NCBI GenBank assembly: GCA_035473955.1
Contig: DATINU010000314.1
Span: forward strand, 1 to 33,921
DNA length: 33,921 nt
Reading direction: 5' to 3'
Source of the DNA: Allosphingosinicella sp.
GTDB taxonomy: Bacteria > Pseudomonadota > Alphaproteobacteria > Sphingomonadales > Sphingomonadaceae
The notes below the pieces were generated by a model. The model worked only from the letters and a program-made list of their open reading frames with translations. It had not been told where the DNA came from and did no database searches. Positions 1 through 9,237 of this stretch are shown here, one piece after another. Position 1 is the stretch's first letter. The number at the start of each line of letters is the position of its first letter. The translations under genes were made by a program, and so were the position numbers.

Positions 1-592
1 GGCCGAGGGTAAGGTCCATGACCGTGCCGGGGCGGATCGCATCGACCGGGACGGCGGCGCCGATCAGCTGGGCGGCTGTCCTCGCCTCCGCGCTCGCCAC
101 GCCTGCGCGCTCGAGCAGGCCCGCGAAACTGTCGCCGCGGCCGAAGGTGGCACGAAGATCGATGATCGGCCGCTCTGGGCTTTCGGCCAGCGCCTCCACC
201 GCGTCGGTCGGCGCCCGCCGGCGGCCGGTATCGGCGCCGTAGGCAAGCGGCGCGATCGCCAGCGCGCGGGCCTCCTCGAACTGGACGTCGCCGAAGGGGA
301 CGGGCGAAATTCCGGGCAGCGGCTGGAAGCCGGGTCCCAGCCACCAGGCCGCGTAGCAAAGCCCGGCGCAGGTCGCGAAGCCGCGCAGCCATTCGGGCGA
401 GCCGATCCGCTGGCCGAGATCGACGACGAGGTCGATCCCGGCAAGCCGGTCGCGCCAATTGGGGGGTTTGGCACCGAAGGCCGACGCGGGCTGGGAAGGT
501 GCGGCGGCGGCCCCGCGAAACAGCGGCAGATCGGGCGCAAGCGCCGCGCTGCCGCGCGCCGCGCCGACCACGATATCGCTGTCCTGATACAA
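1..592 (-). CDS. Probable M23 family metallopeptidase, N-terminal part (runs off window start)
   Basis: Not in ORF track. Manual translation from TTG at 592 gives MYQDSDIVVG...DLVVDLGQRIGSPEWLRGFATCAGLCYAAWWL...IAPLAYGADTGRR...ESPERPIIDLRATFGRGDSF, open to the window edge. Resembles the N-terminus of sphingomonad M23 peptidases found divergent from this helicase (recalled). The catalytic domain is outside the window. Confidence 0.65.
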   Translation of the reverse strand, partial: MYQDSDIVVGAARGSAALAPDLPLFRGAAAAPSQPASAFGAKPPNWRDRLAGIDLVVDLGQRIGSPEWLRGFATCAGLCYAAWWLGPGFQPLPGISPVPFGDVQFEEARALAIAPLAYGADTGRRRAPTDAVEALAESPERPIIDLRATFGRGDSFAGLLERAGVASAEARTAAQLIGAAVPVDAIRPGTVMDLTLG

Positions 593-674
593 GGCTTGCC
601 GCCCTCGCGCCCGCTTGGATTACCCCCGCCGCGCACCCCGCCCGGCAGGCCGCCACGGTTGTGGAGAAAAAGGG

Positions 675-689
675 TTAATGTCAAATTAC
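675..689. promoter_or_regulatory. CtrA-like box (TTAA-N7-TTAC) overlapping a minus-strand TTGACA
   Basis: TTAA-TGTCAAA-TTAC is one mismatch from the CtrA consensus TTAA-N7-TTAA. It reads GTAA-TTTGACA-TTAACC on the minus strand, upstream of the M23 gene. Confidence 0.6.
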
Positions 690-808
690 GAAACCGTCTC
701 TCGCGCCCCGGCTGCGACGAAGCGGCCAGCCTTCCCGATGAAAGGAAAGGCGGCGCCAAGCGACGGGAAATCTTGCGCTTTGCGCACCGGCGGCCGATCT
801 AGGAACGC

Positions 809-3295
809 ATGAGCGCCGAGCTTAAGGCCATCCTCGGCCCGACCAATACCGGCAAGACCCACCTCGCGGTGGAGCGGATGTGCGCCCACTCATCGGGCAT
901 GATCGGCTTCCCGCTGCGCCTGCTCGCGCGTGAGGTTTTCGATCGGGTGGTGAAGCTCAAGGGCGCAAACCAGGTGGCGCTGATCACCGGCGAGGAAAAA
1001 ATCCTGCCGAAGGACGCGCGCTGGCTCCTCTGCACCGCGGAAAGCATGCCGCGGGAGCGCGACGTTGCCTTCGTCGGGATCGACGAGGGACAGCTCGGCG
1101 CCGATCCCGAACGCGGTCATGTTTTCACCGACCGCATGCTCCACGCGCGCGGCCGCGAAGAAACGATGATCCTCGGCTCAGAAAGTCTGAAGCCGATGAT
1201 CCGCGCATTGCTCCCCAAGGCGGAGATCACGACGCGCCCGCGCTTCTCGACGCTTTCTTATGCCGGCCCGGCCAAGCTTTCGCGCCTGCCGCCGCGTTCG
1301 GCGATCGTCGCCTTCTCGGCCGAGCAGGTCTATGCGGTCGCCGAGATGCTGCGCCGGATGCGCGGCGGCGCGGCGGTGGTGATGGGCGCGCTCTCCCCGC
1401 GCACGCGCAACGCCCAGGTCGCCATGTATCAGGCCGGCGAGGTCGATTATCTCGTCGCCACCGACGCGATCGGCATGGGCCTCAACATGGATGTCGACCA
1501 TGTCGCCTTCGCCGGCCTGTCGAAATTCGACGGCAACAGACGGCGCCGCCTGACCCCGGCCGAAATGGCGCAGATCGCCGGCCGCGCCGGCCGCCACCAG
1601 CGCGACGGGACGTTCGGCAGCCTTACCCTCGAAGGCGATGCGCTCGCCGAATTCCGGCCCGAGGAGATCGAGCGGATCGAGGAGCATCGCTTCGCGCCGC
1701 TGGATTTCCTCTACTGGCGCGAGAGCGAACTCGACTTCGGCGGCGTCGAGGCGCTGATCAAATCGCTCGAGCGCCGCCCCGCCCGGCGCGAGCTTCGGCC
1801 CGCCCCCGAGGCGATCGACCTCGCCGTGCTGAAGGTGCTGGCCGGCGATCCCGAGGTCGCGGCGCGCGCGACGGACCCGGCCCTCGTTGAGCGGCTCTGG
1901 GCCGTCGCGGGCCTGCCCGATTTCCGCAAGACCGGCCCCGAGCATCATGCCCGGCTGGTCGCGAAGCTCTTCGGCTATCTCGCCGAAGGGCATATCCCGC
2001 AGCCCTGGTATGCCGAGCAGGTCGCCCGGCTCGACAATGTCCAGGGCGATATCGAGACGCTCGCCGACCGGATCGCCGGAGTCCGCACCTGGGCCTATAT
2101 CGCCCACCGCGCCGACTGGCTGGCCGATCCCGAGACGATGGCGGCCCGGACCGTGGCGGTGGAGGAGAAGCTCAGCGACGCCCTGCACGAGCGCTTGACC
2201 CAGCGCTTCGTCGACCGGCGCACCGCCGTCCTGATGCGTGATCTCGGCAAAAGGGGCGCGGGCGAATTCCCGGTGATCGTCGATGCCGAGGGCGAGGTCA
2301 GTGTCGGCGCCTATGCGATCGGGCGGCTCAACGGCTTCGCCTTCGAAGTCGATCCGGCCGCGCGCCATGCCGACCGCAAGATGCTGCTCGCCACCGCCGA
2401 GCGGCGGCTGGCCGGCGAATATGAGAAACGCGCCGGCGCCCTCGTCGCCGACGAGGCAGGCCAATTCACCTTACGCACCGAGGCGGGTCGGCCGGTCGCC
2501 CTCCTCTGGCGCGGTCACGAGGTGGCGCAACTCGGTCCGGGCAAGAATCTGCTTTCTCCGCGCATCCTGCTCGATCGGCGGCTCGATCAGGTTTCGAAGG
2601 AGGGACGCGAGGCGGTGATCCTGCGCCTCAAGGACTGGCTGCGCGAAGGCGCCGAGAAGGTGCTGGGGCCGCTCCGCGCCGTCGGCCATGCCGCGCAGGA
2701 GCCGGCCGCGCCGGCGCCGGTCCGCGCTTTGCTCGCCATGCTGGTCGACGAAGGCGGCATCGTCGCCCGGCCCGCTTTGGCCGGTGCGCTCGCCGCGCTC
2801 GATCGCGACCAGCGCCGCGCCGTCACCCGGCTCGGCATCAGGATCGGCGCCCTCGACCTCTTCATGCCCGCCGTACTGAAGCCCGAGGCGATGCGCTGGC
2901 GTGCCGCCTTCCGCGCCGCCGCGGCGGGCGAGCCGATGCCCGAGCTGCCGCCGCAATCGGGGGTCGTGCTGCCGACCCCAGCCGATCCCGCTTTGCTCGC
3001 CCGGCTCGGCTTCCGCACGGCGGGGCCCCAGATGATCCGTGTCGACATGGCTGAGCGGATGGCCGCCAACGCCCACGAGGCGCGAAGCGGCGGCGAGCCG
3101 GTCAATATTGCGCTCGTCACCTCGCTGGGCCTGTTGCCCGAAACGGTCGCGAAGCTGATGCGCGAAATCGGCTTCCGTCCCGGCGATGCCGGCAAAGGCT
3201 GGATCTGGCACGGCCGCGAGCGGCGCGGCCATAGCGCGCCGCGCAAGCCCGATTCACCGCATTTTGCGGCGCTCGCAGGCCTGAAGCGTGGCTGA
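809..3295 (+). CDS. Suv3-like SF2 helicase (MgpS-type)
   Basis: Walker A GPTNTGKT, motif II DEGQ, ATDAIGMGLN, motif VI QIAGRAGR; 828 aa; typical helicase-S4-fdxA-carD order. Confidence 0.92.
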   Translation: MSAELKAILGPTNTGKTHLAVERMCAHSSGMIGFPLRLLAREVFDRVVKLKGANQVALITGEEKILPKDARWLLCTAESMPRERDVAFVGIDEGQLGADPERGHVFTDRMLHARGREETMILGSESLKPMIRALLPKAEITTRPRFSTLSYAGPAKLSRLPPRSAIVAFSAEQVYAVAEMLRRMRGGAAVVMGALSPRTRNAQVAMYQAGEVDYLVATDAIGMGLNMDVDHVAFAGLSKFDGNRRRRLTPAEMAQIAGRAGRHQRDGTFGSLTLEGDALAEFRPEEIERIEEHRFAPLDFLYWRESELDFGGVEALIKSLERRPARRELRPAPEAIDLAVLKVLAGDPEVAARATDPALVERLWAVAGLPDFRKTGPEHHARLVAKLFGYLAEGHIPQPWYAEQVARLDNVQGDIETLADRIAGVRTWAYIAHRADWLADPETMAARTVAVEEKLSDALHERLTQRFVDRRTAVLMRDLGKRGAGEFPVIVDAEGEVSVGAYAIGRLNGFAFEVDPAARHADRKMLLATAERRLAGEYEKRAGALVADEAGQFTLRTEAGRPVALLWRGHEVAQLGPGKNLLSPRILLDRRLDQVSKEGREAVILRLKDWLREGAEKVLGPLRAVGHAAQEPAAPAPVRALLAMLVDEGGIVARPALAGALAALDRDQRRAVTRLGIRIGALDLFMPAVLKPEAMRWRAAFRAAAAGEPMPELPPQSGVVLPTPADPALLARLGFRTAGPQMIRVDMAERMAANAHEARSGGEPVNIALVTSLGLLPETVAKLMREIGFRPGDAGKGWIWHGRERRGHSAPRKPDSPHFAALAGLKRG

Positions 3296-3566
3296 GAGCC
3301 TGCGGGTCGACAAATTCCTCTGGTTCGCCCGGATCGTGAAGACCCGCGCCTTGGCGCAGGCCATGGCGGAAGGCGGCCGGATGCGCCTCAATTCCCGGCG
3401 CGTCGACAAGGCGCATGTCCCCGTCCGGGTCGGCGACGTGCTGAGCTTTGCCGAGCGCGGGCAGGTCCGCGTGCTGCAGGTCGAGGCCCTGCCCGCCCGC
3501 CGCGGCCCGCCCGCCGAGGCACGTACGCTCTATTCGGAATTGACGAGCGAAGCCGGCGAGGCCTAG
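3288..3566 (+). CDS. hslR: S4-domain RNA-binding protein (Hsp15-like)
   Basis: RVDKFLWFARIVKTRALAQ S4 signature and RRGPPAEARTLY; overlaps the helicase stop. Confidence 0.88.
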   Translation: MAESLRVDKFLWFARIVKTRALAQAMAEGGRMRLNSRRVDKAHVPVRVGDVLSFAERGQVRVLQVEALPARRGPPAEARTLYSELTSEAGEA

Positions 3567-3596
3567 GAATCCACGGCTCTGGGAGAGATGAAGCTT

Positions 3597-3935
3597 ATGA
3601 CCTACGTCGTCACCGATGCCTGCATCCGCTGCAAATATATGGACTGCGTCGAGGTCTGTCCGGTCGATTGCTTCTACGAGGGCGACAACATGCTCGTCAT
3701 CAACCCGTCCGAGTGCATTGATTGCGGCGTTTGCGAGCCCGAATGTCCGGCCGAGGCGATCCTGCCGGATACCGAAAACGGGCTCGAAAAATGGCTCGAG
3801 GTGAACGCGACCTATTCCGCCGAATGGCCGAACATCACCCGCAAGAAGGATTCGCCGGCCGACGCCGACGAGCATAAGGGCGAGGACGGCAAGTTCGACA
3901 AATATTTCTCGGCCGATCCGGGGGAGGGCGACTGA
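3597..3935 (+). CDS. fdxA: 7Fe dicluster ferredoxin
   Basis: [26 protein letters not shown]...[12 protein letters not shown]; start moved to the conserved MTYVV ATG. Confidence 0.96.
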   Translation: MTYVVTDACIRCKYMDCVEVCPVDCFYEGDNMLVINPSECIDCGVCEPECPAEAILPDTENGLEKWLEVNATYSAEWPNITRKKDSPADADEHKGEDGKFDKYFSADPGEGD

Positions 3936-4327
3936 TGGCACCGATCTTTCTCAGCATTCTCAGGATCGTCACCGGGCTCCTGTTTCTGGAGCACGGCCTG
4001 CAGAAACTGGCTGGATTTCCCGCCGCGGCCGACCCGACGCACCTGCCTCCGCTCAACACGCTCCCCGGATTCGCCGGCTATTTCGAGCTGGGTTGCGGCC
4101 TCCTGATCGCGATCGGCTTCCTCACGCGGCCCGCCGCCTTCCTGGCCTCGGGGACGATGGCGGTCGCCTATTGGTATGCGCACGCGCCGCAGAATTTCTT
4201 CCCGGTCAACAATATGGGGGACGCCGCGATTCTTTACTGCTTCGTCTTCCTCTATCTGGTCTTCGCCGGGCCGGGGCCGTGGAGCGTCGACGCAATGCGT
4301 TCGCGCGAGGCGCCGCCGCAAGCCTAG
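3935..4327 (+). CDS. DoxX family membrane protein
   Basis: LRIVTGLLFLEHGLQKL, GFLTRPAAFLASGTMAVAY, GPGPWSVD; TGATG overlap with fdxA. Confidence 0.9.
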   Translation: MAPIFLSILRIVTGLLFLEHGLQKLAGFPAAADPTHLPPLNTLPGFAGYFELGCGLLIAIGFLTRPAAFLASGTMAVAYWYAHAPQNFFPVNNMGDAAILYCFVFLYLVFAGPGPWSVDAMRSREAPPQA

Positions 4328-4360
4328 CCCCCTCACGTCATCCTAGCCCCCTCACGTCAT
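4323..4360. repeat. Perfect 19-bp tandem duplication
   Basis: CCTAGCCCCCTCACGTCAT at 4323-4341 and 4342-4360. Confidence 0.97.
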
Positions 4361-4448
4361 CCCGGACTTGATCCGGGATCCATGAACACGCGACTGGACG
4401 AGTCTTCGCCGACAATGTTCATGGATGCTGACCTTCGTCAGCATGACG
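4355..4448. repeat. Palindromic intergenic repeat (REP/RPE-like), four-way junction
   Basis: CGTCAT/ATGACG outer stem; CCCGGA-CTTGA-TCCGGG hairpin; ATCCATGAACA/TGTTCATGGAT central stem; GCTGAC-CTTC-GTCAGC hairpin. Confidence 0.85.
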
Positions 4449-4508
4449 ACAGGGGAAGCTGTCGCATCGCACCTTCCAAGGCCCGCCGGAGGTGCGCCGC
4501 CGCAAGCC

Positions 4509-4539
4509 TAGATTTTGGCGCAATTTTGTGCTATATAAT
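4509..4539 (+). promoter_or_regulatory. Probable sigma70 promoter of carD
   Basis: AT-rich TGTGCTATATAAT (extended -10-like) with TAGATT 17 nt upstream of TATATA. Confidence 0.6.
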
Positions 4540-4685
4540 CGGGCATCGACGCGGATGCCCTGTGCGTTCGCACCTCTGATTTAGCGAGTACAAGCCGCCG
4601 CCCATGGTCTCATGAGACGCGTCTTTTGGGGCAGATGCGGATTTGATCCGCCAGAAGCGGCTTTTTCCAAGGAAGGTTGAATTTG

Positions 4686-5219
4686 ATGGCAACGAAGGCG
4701 CTCAGCTTCGACGTTGGCGATTATGTCGTTTACCCCAAGCATGGGGTCGGCCGGGTAATCGAATTGCAGTCCACGGATATCGCGGGCATGCAACTCGAAC
4801 TCTACGTGCTGCGCTTCGAGAAGGAAAAGATGACGCTCCGCGTGCCGACCAACAAGGCGGAAAGCGTCGGCATGCGCAAGCTCTCCTCGGACAAGACCAT
4901 GCAGGAGGCGCTGGCCACCCTGAAGGGCAGGCCGAAGGTGAAGCGCACCATGTGGTCGCGCCGCGCCCAGGAATATGAGGCGAAGATCAATTCGGGCGAT
5001 CTCGTCTCCATCGCCGAAGTGGTGCGCGATCTCTTCCGGCCGGACGACGCGCCCGAGCAGAGCTATTCCGAGCGGCAGATTTTCGAGGCCGCTTCCACCC
5101 GCCTCGCCCGCGAGCTCGGTGCGATGGAGGGGATCGACGAGCGCCAGGCGCTCGAAAAGCTGCTCGACATCCTCAACAAGGCCGCCTCCATTCATCACCG
5201 GGTGAAGGACGAGGTCTGA
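4686..5219 (+). CDS. carD: CarD/CdnL family transcription regulator
   Basis: FDVGDYVVYPKHGVGRV, LRVP, MWSRRAQEYEAKINSG, EQSYSERQ; AGGAAGG SD before ATG 4686. Confidence 0.95.
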   Translation: MATKALSFDVGDYVVYPKHGVGRVIELQSTDIAGMQLELYVLRFEKEKMTLRVPTNKAESVGMRKLSSDKTMQEALATLKGRPKVKRTMWSRRAQEYEAKINSGDLVSIAEVVRDLFRPDDAPEQSYSERQIFEAASTRLARELGAMEGIDERQALEKLLDILNKAASIHHRVKDEV

Positions 5220-5262
5220 GCCAATCGGACATGGGGACAGTTGCCAGCAACCGTTCCCGCTC

Positions 5263-5293
5263 AAGGGCGGTCCGGAAACGGGCCGCCCTTTTT
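5263..5293 (+). terminator. Rho-independent terminator after carD
   Basis: AAGGGCGGTCCG-GAAA-CGGGCCGCCCTT followed by a T run. Confidence 0.9.
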
Positions 5294-5315
5294 CGTTGCA
5301 TCGCAACGGCCACAT

Positions 5316-5337
5316 CTGTATTATGTAGCTAATACAG
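5316..5337. promoter_or_regulatory. Palindromic operator, GntR/YtrA-like
   Basis: Perfect 8-bp inverted repeat CTGTATTA-TGTAGC-TAATACAG just upstream of the SD of the GIN gene. Family assignment is from the recalled TGTA-N-TA...TA-N-TACA pattern. Confidence 0.65.
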
Positions 5338-5354
5338 CTATAGGAGACCGGATC

Positions 5355-6083
5355 ATGCGCAAGCTGCTCGCCCTCGTCCCGTTCGTCCTCGCCGCCGCTT
5401 GTTCGGCCGGCAATGCCCAGAATAGCGGCGATCACCAGGCCGGCGGCGAGCAGGGCCGCCGCGATTTTACCGTCGGCGCGTTCGAGAAGGTCGCGCTGGA
5501 AGGCTCCCACGACGTCGTCGTCACGGTCGGCGGCCAGCCCTCGGTGCGCGCCGAGGGCGATGCCGAGGCGATCGAGCGGCTCGACATCAGGGTCGAAAAC
5601 GGTTCGCTCCGGATCGGCACCCGGCCGGAGAGTCGCTCCTGGTTCGGCCATCGCGGCCGGGTGACTATCTACGTCACCGCCCCGGCCCTGAACGGGGCCT
5701 CGATCGGCGGCTCCGGCGACATGCGGATCGATCGGGTGCAGGCGCAGACCTTCGCCGCCTCGGTCGCTGGCTCGGGCGACATGGAGATCGGCGCGCTGCG
5801 GGCGCGGGTCGCCAGCTTCGACATTGCCGGCTCGGGCGACATTCGCGCCTCCGGCGAAGCCGAGCAGGCGAGCCTCGCCATCGCCGGCTCGGGCGATCTC
5901 GCGCTCGACGGGCTGCAAACCCGGCGCGCCTCGATTTCGGTGGCGGGATCCGGCGACGTCGCCGTGCAGGCGAGCGAGTCGGTCGAGGGCTCGCTGATCG
6001 GCTCCGGCGACGTGACCGTCCGCGGCAGCGCCCGCTGCAATCTCTCGAAATCGGGCTCGGGCGACATTCACTGCGGCGGCTGA
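5355..6083 (+). CDS. Head GIN (DUF2807) domain lipoprotein
   Basis: MRKLLALVPFVLAAAC lipobox-like signal; repeated S(I/V)xGSGD units; TAGGAG SD. Confidence 0.88.
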   Translation: MRKLLALVPFVLAAACSAGNAQNSGDHQAGGEQGRRDFTVGAFEKVALEGSHDVVVTVGGQPSVRAEGDAEAIERLDIRVENGSLRIGTRPESRSWFGHRGRVTIYVTAPALNGASIGGSGDMRIDRVQAQTFAASVAGSGDMEIGALRARVASFDIAGSGDIRASGEAEQASLAIAGSGDLALDGLQTRRASISVAGSGDVAVQASESVEGSLIGSGDVTVRGSARCNLSKSGSGDIHCGG

Positions 6084-6130
6084 TGCCTGCCGCTTATTGA
6101 CGATTCATCTTTTGGCGCCATGGTCCTTGC

Positions 6131-6844
6131 ATGATCAGGATCATGGCCGCCCTGCTGGCGCTCGCCGTCTTCGCCACGCCCGCCGGGGCCGTCGACCGCC
6201 GTCTCTCGGTCACCGATTTCGACCGGGTGACTATCGAGGGTCCCTATCAGGTCCGCCTCGTCGTCGGCCGTTCGTCGGCGGCGACGGTGAGCGGCAGCTT
6301 GGCAGCGCTGGATCGCGTTACCGTCGACGTTCAGGGCCAGACCCTGCGCATCCGCCGCAACCGCTCCGCCTGGGGCGGGACGCCGGGCGCCGATGCCGGG
6401 CCGGTCACGATCGAGCTCGCCACCCGCCGCTTGCGCTCGGCGCGCCTGGTCGGCCCGGCGCAGCTGAGCATTCAGGGCGCCGCCGGGCTCAATGTCGATT
6501 TCACGGTGGAGGGCAGCGGCACGCTGCGCGCCGCCAACGTCAGTGCCGACAATCTCGCGCTCGGCCTGATCGGCTCCGGGCGGCTCGAAATCGGGGGCGC
6601 TGCCGGCGTGTTGCGCGGCGATTTCCAGGGTGGCGGCTCGGTCGACGCCTCGAACCTCACCGCCCGTAGCGCCACCGTGACGAACGCCACCTCCGGCGAG
6701 GTGCTGCTCGCCGTCCGCGGACCGGCCGCAGTCACCAATAACGGCGCGGGCACGGTCCGCGTCACCGGCGCGCCGGTCTGCACGATCCGCGGCGTCAGCG
6801 CGGCCCAGGTGATCTGCGAATCAGATCAGCGCCAGCACCGCTAG
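6131..6844 (+). CDS. GIN (DUF2807) domain secreted protein
   Basis: Signal peptide, SVTDFDRVTIEGP, degenerate GSG repeats. Confidence 0.82.
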   Translation: MIRIMAALLALAVFATPAGAVDRRLSVTDFDRVTIEGPYQVRLVVGRSSAATVSGSLAALDRVTVDVQGQTLRIRRNRSAWGGTPGADAGPVTIELATRRLRSARLVGPAQLSIQGAAGLNVDFTVEGSGTLRAANVSADNLALGLIGSGRLEIGGAAGVLRGDFQGGGSVDASNLTARSATVTNATSGEVLLAVRGPAAVTNNGAGTVRVTGAPVCTIRGVSAAQVICESDQRQHR

Positions 6845-7225
6845 CTTGCCCGCGAGATCGGGCGGCAGCGCCTCGAGATCGGCCTCGCCCGCGCCGAGAT
6901 CGGGCGGCGCATCCGCCTCCGCCAGATAGCGCCACCCCTGATGCCCGCGCCGCGCGGTGGCGCGCACCGTCACCAGTTCGGCATCGAGCCGGATGATCGT
7001 CTTTCCGTCGGCACCCTGGTCGAAGCCCAAAATGGTCTGGCGAGCGGCGATCCGTTGCTTGACGATCCAGTAAAGCGAGCCGCCCACCAGCTCGTCGGCC
7101 CGCTTCGGGCGGAAGCGGGTGACGACCGGAACGACCCCGTCCCGCGCTCGGGCCTCGAGGCGACGTTTCAGCGTCTCGATGCGCGCGCAGGAGAAAGCGA
7201 CCTTGCTCATGTGAAGGCTGGGCAT
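6821..7225 (-). CDS. DUF1489 family protein
   Basis: TRFRPKRADELVGGSLYWIVK, HQGWRYL, PPDL, LPPDL motifs. Confidence 0.85.
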   Translation of the reverse strand: MPSLHMSKVAFSCARIETLKRRLEARARDGVVPVVTRFRPKRADELVGGSLYWIVKQRIAARQTILGFDQGADGKTIIRLDAELVTVRATARRGHQGWRYLAEADAPPDLGAGEADLEALPPDLAGKLAVLALI

Positions 7226-7256
7226 GCAGAACTAATGGGGATTCAGGTGCTTGCGA

Positions 7257-8675
7257 TCAACCGACCAGCCCGGTCGCGACAGCAAGGCCCAGAAAGACGA
7301 AGAAGCCCATCGAATCGGTGATCATGGTGACGAACACGGAAGACGAAACCGCCGGGTCCTGCCCGCTCCGCTCCAGCACCACCGGCACGACCACACCGCT
7401 GAGGCCCGCGACGAGGATGTTGATCAGCATCGCCGCGGCGATCACCGCGCCCAGCTGCACATTGCCGAAGACGAGGCCCGCGCCCAGCCCCAGCAGCAAT
7501 GCGATGGTTAAGCCGTTGAGCAAGGCGACCGAAATCTCGCGCGTGATCGTCCGCCAGGTGTTCGACCGGGTCAGCTGGTTCATCGCCAGCGCCCGCACCG
7601 ACACCGCCATGGTCTGCGTCCCCGCATTGCCCCCGATCGACGCGACGATCGGCATCAGCACGGCGAGCGCCACCATCTGCTCGATCGCCGCGCCGAACAT
7701 GTAGATGATCGTCGAGGCGACAAGCGCGGTGAGCAGGTTCGCGGCCAGCCATTTGACCCGCGCGCGATAGCTGTCCGCCACCGGCTCGTTGATGTCGCCC
7801 TCATAGCCGGCGCCCGAAAGCAGCAAGGCGTCCTCGCTCGCTTCCTCCTGAATGATGTGGACGACGTCGTCGGCGGTGATCATCCCGACGAGGCGCCCCG
7901 CCGGATCGACCACGGCCGCGGAGATCAAGGCATATTTCTGGAAGCGAAGCGCCAGCTCCTCCTGGTCCATGTCGATCGGGATCAGGGTCTGCTCGCGCTG
8001 CATCACGTCGGCGACCGCGATCCGGCGCGGCGTGCGCAGGATCCACGAAAGCAGGCAGGTGCCGACCGGCCGGTGCGCCGGATCGACCACGAACACTTCC
8101 CAGAAATCGGTGGTCAGCTCTTCCTGGCCGCGCAGATAATTGATGACGTCGCCGACCGTCCAATGTTCGGGTACGGCGACGGCGTCGCGGCGCATCAGCC
8201 GGCCGGCGGTTTCCTCGGGGTAGGAGAGCGCCTCCTCGATCGCGGCGCGGTCGTCGGGATCGAGCGCGCGCAGCACCGCGCGTTGCTCCTCCTCCTCCAT
8301 GTCCTCGATCAGGGCGACGGCGTCGTCGGTCTCGAGTTCGCCGGCGATTTCCGCGACTTCGTGCGGCTCGAGCTCGTCGAGCAGCTCCTCGCGGACCCAG
8401 TCGTTCATCTCGGCGAGGACGTCGCCGTCGAGCAAGTCGGCAACCGCCGCGGCGAGCGCCCGCCGGTCGCCGCTGTCGACCAGTTCGAACAGGTCGGCGA
8501 TGTCGGCCGGATGGAGCGGTTCGACCAGGGCGCGCACGCCGTCGTGGTCGCCGGCCTCGACCCGGTCGAGCACTTCGCTGACGAATTCGGGGCGCAGCCG
8601 GTCGTCCTCGTCGAGGCGGGTCACGGCCGGGGCGAGCGCTTCGGTGTCGGCGGTTTCGAGGTCGCTGTCGCTCAT
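7257..8675 (-). CDS. mgtE: Magnesium transporter MgtE
   Basis: HPADIAD, YPEETAGRLM, CBS pair, GGNAGTQ, DPA, TMITDSMG. Confidence 0.96.
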   Translation of the reverse strand: MSDSDLETADTEALAPAVTRLDEDDRLRPEFVSEVLDRVEAGDHDGVRALVEPLHPADIADLFELVDSGDRRALAAAVADLLDGDVLAEMNDWVREELLDELEPHEVAEIAGELETDDAVALIEDMEEEEQRAVLRALDPDDRAAIEEALSYPEETAGRLMRRDAVAVPEHWTVGDVINYLRGQEELTTDFWEVFVVDPAHRPVGTCLLSWILRTPRRIAVADVMQREQTLIPIDMDQEELALRFQKYALISAAVVDPAGRLVGMITADDVVHIIQEEASEDALLLSGAGYEGDINEPVADSYRARVKWLAANLLTALVASTIIYMFGAAIEQMVALAVLMPIVASIGGNAGTQTMAVSVRALAMNQLTRSNTWRTITREISVALLNGLTIALLLGLGAGLVFGNVQLGAVIAAAMLINILVAGLSGVVVPVVLERSGQDPAVSSSVFVTMITDSMGFFVFLGLAVATGLVG

Positions 8676-8773
8676 CCCGCCCTCCTAAGTTCGCGCCTAG
8701 CCCGGGGCTTCCTAGGCCGCGATGCTTGCCCTGTCGATACGCCGCGCCTAAGCGCGCCGCGAAGGAGTTTCCC

Positions 8774-9232
<459 letters not shown>

Positions 9233-9237
9233 GGCTT

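Noticed and set aside
64-759. 231-aa minus-strand ORF in the track
   Set aside because: Low-complexity wrong frame; the plausible protein is in the frame starting at 592.
5690-6070. Recurring GGCTC(C/G)GGCGAC units resembling an array
   Set aside because: They encode GSGD repeats of the GIN domain; not CRISPR.
8676-8773. Possible Mg2+ riboswitch upstream of mgtE (GCCTAG/CTAGGC hairpin)
   Set aside because: The spacer is under 100 bp, is shared with a divergent gene, and lacks M-box features.
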